Counted from the stretch's first letter, positions 50,608 to 63,780 are shown. The stretch is 64,000 bases of DNA from Balanoglossus misakiensis (GCA_040954595.2 CM082577.2:15011903-15075902); one strand, 5' to 3'. The notes: generated by a model from the sequence alone, not told the origin. Numbers and translations are program-made.

Positions 50608-51342
50608 GGTGGCACTGCATGAAACCGTCGAGACTTTTTCAGAGGCCTATTTCTCATCAAAGAATAAGTTAAAACCCCCATAAACCATATATATTCTGGA
50701 AGCTGAGATTTTGAACTTTTGTTTGAGTTGCAAATATTATTGATCCCCGGAAATGGTGGCGATTTTGGGTGAAAAAAAAACAATTTTTTGATATTATGTC
50801 ATGAAATTTAAAATAGGTAAAAAAGTTGACCATGCATCATGCATCTTAATATGTCATTCGAAACTAGAGTACACTTGCAAAAAAACGCTAATTTTGTTTT
50901 GCGTTATCTGCTTCCATTGAGGAGTAACAGCGTTTAAAAGTTAGATTTTCAGAAAATTTGATCAAATTCACGGTGAGTTGTATTGAATCAGAGTTTATTC
51001 CCGCCAGGGACACTTTATCGACAAACAAAACTAGCGTTTTGTTGGATGGGTCATACACAATTCCCTGTCAAAATTTGAGCAAATTCGGCCAACGCAGGGC
51101 GAAGCTATTTTAGTCCGAAGTTGTCAAGAGCAGCGAAAATGCAAACTGAGAAAAACGGCTATTTGCATTGTTGACACCTATTTGTTCAGCTGTGAACTCA
51201 TTCAGAAAAGTGCTATTTTGGGGTGATTATGCACCATTTCCGCCAAGACGTATTAGTCAGGTTGTGGGTCAGTATTAGGCCTACCGATTTATGTAAAAAA
51301 GTAAAATTTGGCAAAAATCACAACTTTTCATGCAATGCCACC
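50608..51342. mobile_element. Kolobok-type MITE
   Basis: TTAA TSD on both sides; GG...CC termini; TIR GGTGGCA(C/T)TGCATGAAA. Confidence 0.85.
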
Positions 51343-51668
51343 TTAAACACGTTTCTTGATGTTTAGAAAAGTTAAATTAAACAAAATCAAAATTGTCTGC
51401 TTCCACATACATACTGATATTGGTGTGGGACAACAATATGTTACAATGTACAGAAATCCATGTGCAATCAGTGAGGCTAGTTAAACGAAGTCGGTTGAAA
51501 GAGTCGTTGATTCATATCTGTCGTTCGTTAAATGCCGATAAACTATTAGACAAGTTTGGTAATTCCCTCGATGATACAGCTCTTATACCATTTCCCATTC
51601 GCCGTTTGACAGACCCGGATTAGGAAGTTGAGACACATTGCGATTCTCGGGAGATCCGAGCGTGCAGC

Positions 51669-51682
51669 GTTGCCATGGAGAC
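51669..51682. promoter_or_regulatory. RFX X-box-like site GTTGCCATGGAGAC
   Basis: Near-consensus motif match ~1.7 kb into the first intron of the LamG gene. Confidence 0.35.
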
Positions 51683-53339
51683 AGTTATCGCAAACGCTGG
51701 GCAACACTTGTACATGGCTGTCTCATGGCTAGAAACGTGCTACATGAAATGCGAATTTAATGACTGTCCTCTGTTATGACAATTGTTGAGGAATGAGGAA
51801 CGGAAAAGTCCAAAATATCTGTCTGTATTGCAAGTGTTATGACAATACGAACTGCTGAGAATAAAGGGTTTCAAAACTGCCCATGCTCGTTCTATTCATG
51901 ATTGGCTTGATCAAATAGTGATATGAACAAAATCATTCAACGTAGAATCACGCCAATCCCAAACTAATATCTAGAAACATAATGAATGTAACTGGGAGGT
52001 ATTTAAAGATTTAAACAAACCAAAACTGTCCTTTTTTCAACGGACGGTTTACATTACGAACGTCTGGACGTATTTCTGTCTTTGAATATTTTCATTCCCC
52101 ACCACCACATCGATTAATAGATGATATGAAAATGACGCATTTTGTTTTTAACTGAAATAAATTCAAAGCTATCGGTTGGTTTCATTACTGGTGGATATGC
52201 AAGAGACGAATATTAAAATTACCCTCGTCAATATTTTCAAAACCCAATTAGATGTGCTGGTGCTATGTGGCTATTAAAGTTAATGAAGAAAATAAAAATC
52301 GGAATACATCGAGTTTGTTTTATTGTTACCATATGTCGAGTGATTAAATTGAATCATACACTATTCTGTTGGAGAGTGTAATTACGTACAGTTGGCTCTA
52401 CCTCCACAGACGTCGAATCCTGTCACACATCTTTGACGCATTAGGAACAATGCTTAATGTTGAAATTATTTACACGAATTTTGGAATTTCAACGTGGGAT
52501 GACGATAAAACGTCAATGGGGGGACATCTCGTCTTTTTCGGTGGCAAAACGCCACCACTTCACCATAGGAGATGCTAACTTAAGTGTCATTATGTTAGCT
52601 TACTTTGAGCTACAAATGCGATGCAACTTCCTTCCGACGTTTGAATGCTATGTTATTCCAAATTACAGAGCAGGTATATCCTTCTTGTCGACCTTTGAAA
52701 GTCCAACCGACACAAAACGAAGCAATGTCACACTCTCTACGCAATAATTACCTTTAACGTAATCCGTTAAAGATATTGCTTTCAGTTGTGTGAAATTATG
52801 ATATTGTATTTAACGGCATCATGCGCAGTGCACGGGAACACAACTGTAATTAAGTAGAAACGCGATCGCTCATCCAAATTACTGTGCGCACTCTGAGAAT
52901 CCAGATACAGGGATGTAAGCGTCGGACACAGTTAATTAAATGTAATCTTTAAAGTCACTACGTCGTACTCTCAACGGGTAACAAACGGACGAGTGACATG
53001 TTCGCTGACTTTGTGGCATAAGTTTGGGTCATCTCAAACATGTTTCCGGCATGTCGTCTGCTGAACAGTTGTTATCTGATGAAGGTCTGTCTGTCATGGA
53101 GTAAAATGCTGATTTACATAGTTTCGGTTTATTGAAACCTATTCGGAACAAAATGGGAGATAGCTTCTGCGTTTTCCATCAGTTTCTTCTTCTCCGGTAG
53201 CAAACACGCCACATGCAAAGTATGTGTAAAGTTGCTTATAAAGGAGTTTCCGCCAGCACAATACAACTATATGAAACTTCTGTTACCAGCACTATCGTTT
53301 GATTAATTTTCTAATGATGAAGATAAAATCATCCCTTAC

Positions 53340-53424
53340 CTTTTGGACACTCCGATTTGACACTATGCATCACTGAAAACATTAAGAGCGGCAGGATAAC
53401 CGACAAGGCGAACATCGACTCCAT
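53340..53424 (-). CDS. First coding exon (signal peptide) of the LamG-domain gene
   Basis: AAAATGG start; MESMFALSVILPLLMFSVMHSVKS-ECPK has a hydrophobic core and a V-x-S cleavage-like site; strong donor AAG|GTAAGG, phase 1, matching the phase-1 acceptor at 557 (joins as ECPK-E-RLHLPMDE). Confidence 0.72.
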
Positions 53425-53582
53425 TTTTCTATTTCTTTTCTCTGATGCGATTTACACTTTCACGCTCTGCCATTCATTCTCTTGCGTCTGATCCAGATAA
53501 CAGCCGAAGTCTTGTTTTACCGATGATGAAATGTAATGTGCGACGCACTACCAATGGCAAAATGAGAATTCTAAGTAACTTT

Positions 53583-53994
53583 ACAGCGCATGCGCTGTTT
53601 TAATCATCAAGACTTTTCTCCAAATCCATGCACCGCTAAGATCTATCCGTGATTTTAAAGTCAAACGCAATGTACAAACCGATAACAATAAACGTAAGGT
53701 TTCCAATTTTTGTGAAATTTCAGCAGGACTGTATTTGAACTCCGGAAACATCAATTCACTAACGTTTGAACGGCGTTCACGGCAAAGAAATCCTTAATTT
53801 CCTCTGCGAGTCTTGCGTTTTCACTCTCATGAATATGAATGCAAATTTTCACCTTATCAAAATTTATCACTGTTTCTCAAAAATTGAAAGCTCTTTAAAA
53901 ACACGTACATCAACACGACTTCAATGAATTCAGAGACAGACGCTCGTTGCCAGGGAGACGTATAGAGTGCTCGCTGAATCGCATTATGACGTCA
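53583..53994 (-). promoter_or_regulatory. Candidate promoter of the LamG gene: NRF1-type palindrome, X-box and CRE
   Basis: ACAGCGCATGCGCTGT (53583-53598), GTTGCCAGGGAGAC (53946-53959) and TGACGTCA (53987-53994), upstream of the ATG exon. Confidence 0.45.
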
Positions 53995-55703
53995 TATCGT
54001 TTGGTATGGATGAAAACTATTCGGGAGAAAACATTTTAATTTGCGTGAAAATAGACATGTACTAAATTATCGGCGTATCACGTGATAAACATGTAGTTGT
54101 TGGTGGTAGGAGGGGTTATAACCATTATTTTTTTCTAAAGAAAGATGCATTTATTGCTTTTCGTTTTTCAACATGCGACATTTGATTCGAGCGATGTTCT
54201 TTTTGTCCCAAGCTCCTTGAGTTAAAATGGACGATTTTGAAACCATTATCGTTATCTGTGAAAAACGAGAAACCAACTTTGCTAATATTAGACTAAAGAA
54301 GTGACTGAGTCTAAACTGACAAAATTTAAAAAGGCAGCCCACTTTGGCATGTGTTGTCTCTAAACCTTGAGGTTTCAGTTAGGTTTGTGAGTTCTTGCGT
54401 TATGTCTATATTTCACATAAACAATTGCGTGTATTAATTAGTAGATATATGAAAAAAATCGTTAAACAGACACTTGAGCTTGGAGACCAATGCGATACTT
54501 ATGAAACCTCCGCGTTTTGTCTTATGCTTACCGTTTGTATGCGGAGTTTTAAATTCACGAAAGAAAGGAAAGTCAGAAGACTGTCGCACAGTCATTTAGG
54601 AAACATTAAACGCGGCACTTTTTGAAAACAAAATGATTCATTTTATACAGCATTGACATCGGCCAATATAATTGAACTTGTTAGAAACAATTGTCAATTC
54701 CATGCATCAACAAGTTACCCAATCCATTCACTCATCCAATTTGTCGTAAAATTAATCGAACAAGTATTGTTCAATATCATTTCAGCTATACCTAATAAGG
54801 TAAAAGTACAAATGACGCTCCAATTGGTGCCGTGCCCTTTAGAAGCAGGTGTCTTTGTTCTGAAAGGGAAAACGCTGTGTTCTTGTTGCTACCGTGACGT
54901 GGTGTATATTCACTGTCGCAAAGAGCAATGTCACTTGCTAGCTGACTACTTTCCGGCAGTGTTTGTTTCCTGTTAAGTTCGTGCAAGTGGTTTTATGACC
55001 GATAATCACTTTTTCGAAATTTAAGACAAGAATCCCGAAAATTACTTTAATGAAGGAAGGAAGGAATTAACGTGGCATTTTCGTCTTTTCAGGGCGTTTC
55101 ATGACGGGAAACTGAAATCCCTTTCCCTAATAACCGTGGAAAATCAATTTAGCATAGAGACAGAAACGCGGTGGTTCTTCTTTTTAAATAAAAAAAGACT
55201 AGCATGCATTGCTCCGTGATAATTATTATCCGGAATACTGTGATAGGTAATAACACGTTCTTAGCACCTTATAGCTGCTAACATTTTCATCAGCGTATAC
55301 CACACGACAGAAATGTTTGCGTTCAACTCTTAATGTATAATTTTGCGACTAATTTTCAAGTCACGAGAATCTGACCATGTTTCGCAAATGTATTTCATGA
55401 ATGTGTTAACGTCGAAGACGTCGAGATATTTCCATGGTAATTGTTAAGACTGAGTGGTCAATGTTTGTTTTGGCAGTCCGCGTGCACTGTGAGTGCAGTG
55501 ATTCAAACGTGTTTACAAACATGTTATATACGATCGTTTAATAACTTTAAATAAACAGCTCATAATTATCATGTAGTTGCGTAATTTTCACATTTATATC
55601 CGATGGTAATTCGTTGTTCAGGTCTGATTGGTAATCGGCCTTGATGGATGTACTCAGCCATAATCTTCAGTTGAGTTGACTGGTAAACCTTCGACACCCA
55701 TAC

Positions 55704-55847
55704 CTGATTTTGTTGATACCGATGTAGGTTGTCAGGATGCAGAACCAATCGCTGGTCTCCACACAGTTCATGGCGAGCTCCACAATCACAACGCCAACCA
55801 AAACAAAGATGAGAATATTTACCAGTTATGCCAGCATCTCCAAGAAC
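55704..55847 (-). pseudogene. SLC9C1: Isolated pseudo-exon of an SLC9C1/SOS1-type Na+/H+ exchanger
   Basis: AG/GT-bounded 144-nt phase 2-2 exon: (R)FLEMLA*LVNILIFVLVGVVIVELAMNCVETSDWFCILTTYIGINKIR, matching the family motif FWEM.AY.ANTLIF.L.GVVI.E; TAA at 55826-55828 replaces Tyr. Confidence 0.8.
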
Positions 55848-58800
55848 CTTTGAAATGAAAAAAAACACGTCAGTTTAAACTCGCATTCGGAAATGTGCGC
55901 TCAGTAGTCGGGAATGATCCTTGTTGATTGCCAACCCAGGGAGGACGGGAATCTCGGGAAAAGAGGAATTTTTTTTATCGTCACCGTCCGTGAAAACAAG
56001 GGGAAAGATAACTTTTTCGAAAACACTGGCCGATGGCTGCGAGAGTCTGTCGGGTAATCAAAGCTCGAGAAATTATCTCCCTCTGTTATACAGGTGGTTG
56101 ATTTTGGTCAAGTTGTCTCCCATATTTCAAAGTAGATGTCTTATTTTGTTGAAAATTCTGGAAGTTTTTTTTTATATATATATTATTTTTAAACAAGCAT
56201 TGGTGTCCGCTTTTCCCGGCCTGGGATTGGCACCGCCAGGGATGGGCATAGTTGGACGGTTGGATAATACATGCAGTAGGATGTGGCAGGGCCGGGTGCA
56301 CTATAGAGATAGTTGGTTATGGTCGACGGCCGCTCTTGATGGGTAGTCGAGTATGGTATCATGGGTTGTCGGGCATAATGGGTTTTCTTGTATATGATTG
56401 TTGCGCAGTCAATTCTATATGAGTGCATGCTGAAACTAGTTCCAGCGAACAGAAATATCAAAATATAAACCGATCAAAAGGAGTCTCGTGAAATTGATTC
56501 TAATTATGTTACCATTTTTTCTCTTGTATGGGATTTGATAGATTGTATTCAATCATTACTCGAGTCTCGATTGTGTTTCTCCTGCCGGGGAATTAATCGA
56601 AGACTGAGAAATGTCAACTAGACTCAATTATGTTTTATTTCCTCCCGAATGAAAGGCCGTTTTTGCCCTAAACCACTTTGATTTAATTTAAACTTAATCG
56701 ACCCAATTGAGCTTGAGGAAAACTACCACCGCAGCTTTCAACTTATACCAGTAGTTACTGACATGTCATAGACTGACGCGGTCAAGTAATTTCAGGTGCC
56801 AATTTTCGTCTGGAGATTCCGAAACATTGCTGTAGTTAGCAATCAAATGATCGATAAATTGACCACCCTTGTTATGAATGTGAATTGTGCACGTGTATTA
56901 CGATTAAAAACATTCAGCACATATACATGTACATGAATAGTGAACAAGACAGTCTTATACCAAAAACATCTGCAATGTATAATACTTAGACTTTTCCAAT
57001 TAAAATCGTGATATTTGTTAGGTTTTAAGACCTTTATTTTGACGAGGAATCTCGTTTCTCAGTCACATGTCGGGAAATAGTAACGTTTTGTGGTGACCAT
57101 ATTAAATAATAGGTACCGTAATATTACTTTTTGCAGTGTTGTAGCTATAAATATCAATTGCGTACACCTGCTCATTTGAGTTTTCAATTATGTTCAATTA
57201 TTAGACACGTTACTGTGAGTGAAAGAAATCACACTCAGTTTGCACGAACACACATTTTAGGTATGCGTTTACGTCTAACATAATGTTACATTCGCATGCA
57301 TGGCTTAATGTCGCAGGAGAAATAAAAAAAAACCCACATCGATATTTAATATTCACCACAGCGAAAAAATTGTCGACGAACTGTTGATTCATTTCATTGG
57401 CAATAGTTGTGCGTTTTACGGCTATCCGGTTCTTCGGTTGTTGGCGTTGAATTAATCACCACGTTAAAGTGGCCGAACATCTGGCACCATCACAGGAGAT
57501 TGGTGATGGCTGCACTGAACGACTGCATACATATATACGAATCACATTAACTGTTATTTGTCTGAGTTCGAGTCGATAAGCCCGTTTTCATAAGTCTAGC
57601 CTTCGGTCCAGCGCAAACTAGGAAAATGAAAGAAGTGATTTCGGGAGAAATGTTTCACACATTCTCAGCAAAAGTCATCCAAATATCAAATGTGCGTGTG
57701 GTTTTGATAGTCAACTCTCCCTCGTACAAATTAAGGAGTATATGACGTGGAACTTGGATGTTTCGAAGAGTAACAGTTGTCATGTTTCTGTCTGATTGGA
57801 GTAGGGGAGGGCGGTAGACGTATGCAAACGATCGTGGCGTCACGCGTACAGGGACTGCGTTCGAAATCCACAGTACTCGGGACAAGTATGTGTTTATTTT
57901 CTAGACTCTTTATCCGGATGTCTGCCATCACTTGGGTTAAAAACGCAGAAAAATGATTACCATGGAGTGTTACGGCCGAAATGTATGGATGGTCATTTTA
58001 GAGCAATTTATATGAAGGCTTCGTTCAAAGTCACCCCACTAACGCAGTTCCCCCCGCCCTTAGGTAAAGAGTTAGACAGAGTTTCATCACCGGGCAACCA
58101 ACTCTACTTACAAAGCATGTCACTTTGAGCAGATGTCAGACTGAAATTTAATATTCCTTTCCGTCAGGAATTGCTTTGGCTTATTTCGCTCGACGGACTG
58201 ACTACATCACATCCGGCATTCAATGATCAATTAATTCTGTAATGCGAGAAAACGTCAAAAAGTGGCGCACATTAAAACGGAATTATGAAGTCTACGGAAA
58301 TGTGTTTTGAGTGTTAATGATTTTAAAAATCCAAAAATAGCGTCAGGAGTTATAGAATTCGTTAATTAACCGTGAAGAAATAAATTTGTTTTGACAATTA
58401 TGAAATAACCGTCTGCGATAAAAACAGACTGTTACATTTGAACATTGTCAATCAATGAATTCTCCTGACCCAGAAAACAAGAATGCTTAAATCATCACAA
58501 AAGTAGTTCAAATTTAGTAGCATTACACACACAGTAGGAACGCATTAATGATAGAAGACTATATACACCATTGACAAATTTGACAGTCCGGACCAATTTG
58601 AACTTATGGTGATAACGGTTTGTCGTTCAATTAGTTTGTCTGAAAGTTAGATTAAAGCCCTGTGCGCTGCAACTTTATGACATTTATTTTCAAATTGTAC
58701 TAGTCATTACAAGATGTACGCACTGAATGGATATTATGGTCTAATTAACCCCAAAATACGACTGCATTCAAGTATGCGAGTTTTAACCAGATAGATTTGT

Positions 58801-59048
58801 GACAAAGCACTATAGAAGCAACAGATGGGCGTTTACAATGGGATCACACATCGAACTCTCCGTGATGTAAGTAAACCTCACTATTCGATAACTGATTATA
58901 AAGACCTTTAAATGTTACAATGTAGATATTCGCAATATTCTCTGAGAATTTGATCGAACATTTTAGCATAGTTCGTGAAATCATACAATTTTCCAGATAA
59001 ATTTCAATGCATTGCGTGTAAGATGTCTATATAGGTCCGGCTATAAAC

Positions 59049-59373
59049 CTGTCGATAATTTTGGCAAAAACGTCACGTTTTTTTGTCGGCGCTCTTTCCT
59101 TGATTCGAATTTGTCTTGTGAAAGTCTCAAAAGACGCACACGACTATCTGCTTGTCTCATTTGTTAATCTTTGTAATTGTCTAGGGCTATATTTCCACCT
59201 CTCTTGTCTTGCGTCATCACAATGCTCCCGTGTTCCTCTCGCAGCATGTCTATTTTACTGTCTATTTCTTTGGTTCTATTCTTGTGTCGTATGTCCCGTT
59301 TTGGCGTCAGCAGTCTGTGCATCACTTCGTCATCAACATCTCGAAGTGCGCATGTTCTGTACTGCAGCAAATT
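59049..59373 (-). other. Possible degenerate exon (charged, helical-looking peptide with one in-frame stop)
   Basis: Polypyrimidine/AG acceptor and CAG|GTTT donor; one frame is open for 108 codons except TAA at 59164-59166; no family recognised. Confidence 0.25.
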
Positions 59374-61085
59374 CTTTGAGGGAGAATAAAGACAAAATAC
59401 ACATTTCGGATGATGTACTCGGGGAAACAAGAACACAACACAAAATGCTCCTTCTTGAAATGCATGAACTGCGCGGCAAACGGAATTTCGCCTTTATCCC
59501 CTGCTCAGTATATAGAGATAAACGTTCGAATGAAGATATGCAGAGGTGTTCTCACTTGCAAAATCATGGTGTAATAGGCAGTGTGTGTGTATGTGGGGGG
59601 AGGGGGGGGGGGCAATTGTTGCTCGCAACTCGTCCGAAAAAAACGATAACATAGCGGTACGCATGCTACATTCCTTGAGATAGCTTTCATCACTGGATCA
59701 CTGGAGATTAAATATTCGTATACAAACACTTTGATAACAGAAATGGGTTTCCTTTTTAATGCCAAATACCTCTTGTAATACGGTGCACAATATGCTGCTA
59801 ATTTTTTTCCCGAATTTACGATGGCATAACCTTATATAATATTCCAGATAATTCAATTGAAAAAAAAATTAGGCAGCAGTGATCGGCCTATTATATGAAA
59901 TTTTCGCTTCTAGTTCAACGTTTTAGTGTTCATTTTACCTCAGGAAACTGATATATGCCAGGGCGATGATTCCCAATCATTACAGTCATATCAAGATTGC
60001 TTATTTTGGTCGATCAGATTGGGGAAAGAAAAAAAACATTCTGAAACTGTTAGTTTGAGATCACAGTGTTTATTTTAGACACCCGCAAAGGGTTAATATA
60101 GGGACAAACTAGAACATTACACATAGCATTCGCAGTCAGCCAAGCTCATTCATCACAAACTACACCGTAGTTATTATATGTATATATACCGCATAGGGAA
60201 ATATACTTTGTGTGTTTGTAATATATGCATAACGATTTCTCATATGAAATTATCCTAATGGCAGACTCATTAGCAAAGAGAATATAAGAATTTGTAGAAA
60301 CAAACATTAACGGCCACTGAGGGCGCTATACTAAAAGAGCAAATCGTGATGGGATTTTGGAGAAATTTATGAATTAATCAGCGAATGCATGTGTTGGAGA
60401 CATTGCTACGTCTAATACTAACTGAGTTGTTTAAAAATGATGAAACGTAGAAGAGCATTCACTTCTCTTTACTTCTCGACGGACCAATATCATTCATCAA
60501 TACGTTCTACAGAAGAAAACGGCACTACAAACTATAGTTGATAAGCCTTTACTTTAAGTACAAATGTAACTATATGCTAATTATTTCAGTATCTCGGCTA
60601 CAACACAAGAGACATGCGCCAAAATCAAGCAGTTTTCGGTATTGGAATGTAAACCACTTTTGCGCCAGTATGTGACGTCATCACCTGAAAGGATAAACAT
60701 TCGACCTAGATTAATGTTGACTATGCTGTCCTTGTCTATCTATTTCATTGCTTTTGCAGCTATGTGTATACTAAAATTACTGCTTAAACGAAACACATTC
60801 CCAGATTTAAGCTTATACATACTATACCTAAACAATATACATAAACACGCCACCTAGAGTAGAGTTCATGCAGAAGTCCAAAATGGTTTTCAGTCACAGC
60901 TAACAAGTGACCACTGATGCCCTCATTTGAGTGATCGTTATCCACTGAAATCGAATCCACAATTACCCCTCAGCAAGTAAGCTTATAGACTAGTGCCCCT
61001 TAATGAAGTCAGGTCATTTAACGTTGGTAAAAAAATTGTCTCACGAAGTATATCTCAGTCTCTTGCCTACCTCATGATGCTAGAC

Positions 61086-61133
61086 TTATGAAGCTAACAT
61101 TTTTGCTTTCTTGGAATAGTGGACGTATTTCAC
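61086..61133 (-). CDS. Intermediate filament/lamin-like gene, terminal coding exon (VKYVHYSKKAKMLAS*)
   Basis: Acceptor tctcttttaacag, phase 0 matching the upstream donor; TAA at 61086-61088; candidate minus-strand AATAAA at 60069-60074. Confidence 0.7.
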   Translation of the reverse strand: MKYVHYSKKAKMLAS

Positions 61134-61708
61134 CTGTTAAAAGAGAGATTATATCAAATTTAATGATGCGCCAATAAGAACAGGCTCGGGAAAATAAATG
61201 TTAAATTACTGAACGTGAAATTACTGCAGACAAATTAAAGGTATACAGTCACCTCCAATTTACATACGCCCATATATGGCTGAAATTGCGTATTTGTGCA
61301 TTCTAAAGAACATATGGCGGCGCTCTTTTATGGCGTGTGCCACCCACTGAAACTCTGCAATTGGCTAGATCTCAATTTGCCATGGTAACTACAGATAATT
61401 TTCCATAGGTGATGTTGTTGAATGACTTGCAACATTGTAGCCAGCAATAAAGTTCTCTTTGCTAGTTTATTACAAGATTTGGACCACAGTACATTGTACT
61501 GAGGCGTGAAAGTGCCCTTAGACCCAGACCAATAAACTATTTCGTGTGGCTATTTATGAAACATCGAATGATACATTAAAGCCCCATGAGATTGTGCAAG
61601 TGGTTTTTATTCAGTAATTCTATGTCATCGGCCCAACATACTTCATATTATATATAAATACAAAATACATGTACATACATGTATTCGGATATTTTTAGGA
61701 ATATCTAC

Positions 61709-61930
61709 CTGTCCCTGAATATCAAGGAGTGACGTGTCACTTTCGTCATCGCTGATGTCATCAATGTCGTCCCATTTGACGTCAGTTTCCGTTTCTTCCT
61801 CTTCTCGTTGACCTTTAGTCCAGAGGGTCACTGTAGAACCTGCTTTTAGAATCTGACCCGACCTGAAACGATAGCTAAATTCTCGCTCGCCTTTTCTGCG
61901 CTTCAATTCATAACCCTCCAGACTTTGATC
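61709..61930 (-). CDS. Intermediate filament/lamin-like gene, lamin tail domain exon
   Basis: DQSLEGYELKRRKGEREFSYRFRSGQILKAGSTVTLW...TSLLDIQGQ; canonical AG/GT, 222 nt, phase 0-0. Confidence 0.92.
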
Positions 61931-62553
61931 CTGTAAAACAAAAGTTTGAAATAAGCTTAGATAGGATGGCATAATACAAACTTTCACTATACAGTGTCTC
62001 TCATACGTCTGAACGTTAGCAAAAACAAACGACGTTCATTTAACAAATGCCCGATTTTTTGTGACAAATGTTGGTTTCAGAAGCTCTTTTGTAAATACAT
62101 GTTACGCAAAGCTGAGATCTGTCTGTAACTGCGAACACCGGGTTAAAAGGTTTTGAACACCCAGGTCAGGAGGCCTTTATCTCATAAAGATACTATAAGC
62201 TTACCTAATGTTCGCGGTAATATATTACGGTTGTTATTTTGTACGTAGGCGTTTGTTGTATTATCAACTGGCAAGATTAACCAAATATCCTTAAAATCGC
62301 ACAATTTTCTTGATTCCATGACTAACAGCAAAGTATGCATCATGATCGTAAATGTTATGATGGAAAGGGATGGATTATTTCATAAAACTTAAGAAACGCA
62401 CAGATTTACACTATTTTCTATAGCTGTACATTTGAAATGATTGAAAACAAAACCAGTAATCTTTTAACACTAAGTTTTTCTCTCCAGCAGACAAAACCTT
62501 GATCTATACGCGCAGTTCAGAGGGACTGTGATCTACGTTAGTGATTAGAGTAC

Positions 62554-62677
62554 CTCCCCGGTTGTATTTTCCAGTTTCAAGAATTTCCTTCCGGCGTCGA
62601 CTTCGATTTTAATGCTGGGAACTGGCGAATCAACCTCATCGCTCACTTCTTCACGTTGTTCCCCACCTAGGTTGAGT
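62554..62677 (-). CDS. Intermediate filament/lamin-like gene, tail linker and start of lamin tail domain
   Basis: (R)LNLGGEQREEVSDEVDSPVPSIKIEVDAGRKFLKLENTTGE; phase 2-0; canonical splice sites; not in the ORF track. Confidence 0.9.
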
Positions 62678-62902
62678 CTGTAATATGGAATGCGAAATAT
62701 GACGTCAGCGTACTAAAGGCGCCGCGAGACGTTTGATACCTACACATACATGGTCTTTGATATCATTTGTCTTTATATAAGGTTCCGGACTCTGTACGCC
62801 CGTTGGTTCGTAACCGATATTGGGACGCTATGGATAGTTTGTTGGTGTGAATTTCTCTCAATTTTCGTCATTTTACGAAATCAAATACAAATTTCGACCC
62901 AC

Positions 62903-63132
62903 CTTTCCTCTTCGATTTCCAACAGTTTCCTAAACTTGTCGATTTCTTTGTCCAGGAGAAGTCTGTCAGTTTGCGAGTCTGTCTCGACTATGTTTTCTCG
63001 CTCCCATTTCAGTTTCAGCAAACGTATTTCCTCGTCTTTCTCTTTGATAACGGCCGCCATTTGTTCCGAACTGGAACATAGTTTGGCTTTTCTCTCCTCC
63101 AATTCTTTTATCCGTTCCTCCATTAAGATTTG
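62903..63132 (-). CDS. Intermediate filament/lamin-like gene, end of rod domain (coil 2)
   Basis: ...LLLDKEIDKFRKLLEIEEER matches the IF helix-termination motif LD.EI..YRKLLEGEE.R; phase 0-2. Confidence 0.92.
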
Positions 63133-63382
63133 CTGAAACAAACAGACAAACAAACAATCAGACGATGAAAAGTAAACTACGACATCGACAGAAAAAAAAC
63201 GCTTTCAATTTAAGTAGATTAAATAATTAGAGTTTTAAAGGGCGACTAAGATTATCTGTGCATGTGATTAATGACTTGCTGAGGTTGTTTTTGTTTTGTT
63301 TTGTGTTTCAATTATATTGTCTTGTTCCCCTCCCTAAAGTATCAAGACATACCCAGTGTTCAAAGACAAATACGTGGTGTAA

Positions 63383-63457
63383 GGTGGCATTGCATGAAAA
63401 GTTGGGATTTTTGCCAAATTTTACTTTTTGTTTACATAAATCGGTAGGTCTAATACT
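63383..63457 (-). mobile_element. Solo end fragment of the Kolobok MITE at 50608-51342
   Basis: GGTGGCATTGCATGAAAAGTTG...TTTACATAAATCGGTAGG is the reverse complement of ~51270-51342. Confidence 0.8.
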
Positions 63458-63491
63458 TCCAGAATATATATGGTTTATGGGAGCCAAACAA

Positions 63492-63548
63492 GTACACTGG
63501 AAAACCCGTCGCTCGAGGGCGCCCTAGAGCGACGGTTTTCCAGTCTAC
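63492..63548. repeat. 57-bp near-perfect palindrome (minimal MITE-like)
   Basis: GTACACTGGAAAACCCGTCGCTCGAGGGC / GCCCTAGAGCGACGGTTTTCCAGTCTAC. Confidence 0.85.
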
Positions 63549-63780
63549 CAAAAAAGAAGCCACGGTTGATAAAGATGAACAAAAATGAAAATTAGCCAAA
63601 AGTTATAATTAGCGGCCAGGCCTTTAAAATAAGCAAATTTATGATGACAGTTAAATTGCGATACATGTCATATGTGTATATAAACGTCGCCGGAAATTGT
63701 ACAAAGTATTTCATGAGTTCATGTGTCGTACACCATCTTGAAAGTCTATTAAAATACATGTCGAGAATGGAAATATATAC

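Noticed and set aside
58652-58911. Kolobok-like TTAAAG ends here and at ~8443, ~30942, ~36974 and ~61236
   Set aside because: Only one end or very degenerate TIRs are visible; boundaries could not be supported.
59061-59654. Longest ORF in the track (197 aa, + strand)
   Set aside because: Non-ATG start, Cys/Leu-rich antisense-like composition, runs through a G-tract; no domain.
60313-60328. CTCF-like GCCACTGAGGGCGCT (similar at ~30170 and ~30762)
   Set aside because: Spacing deviates from the CTCF core; a motif match alone is insufficient.
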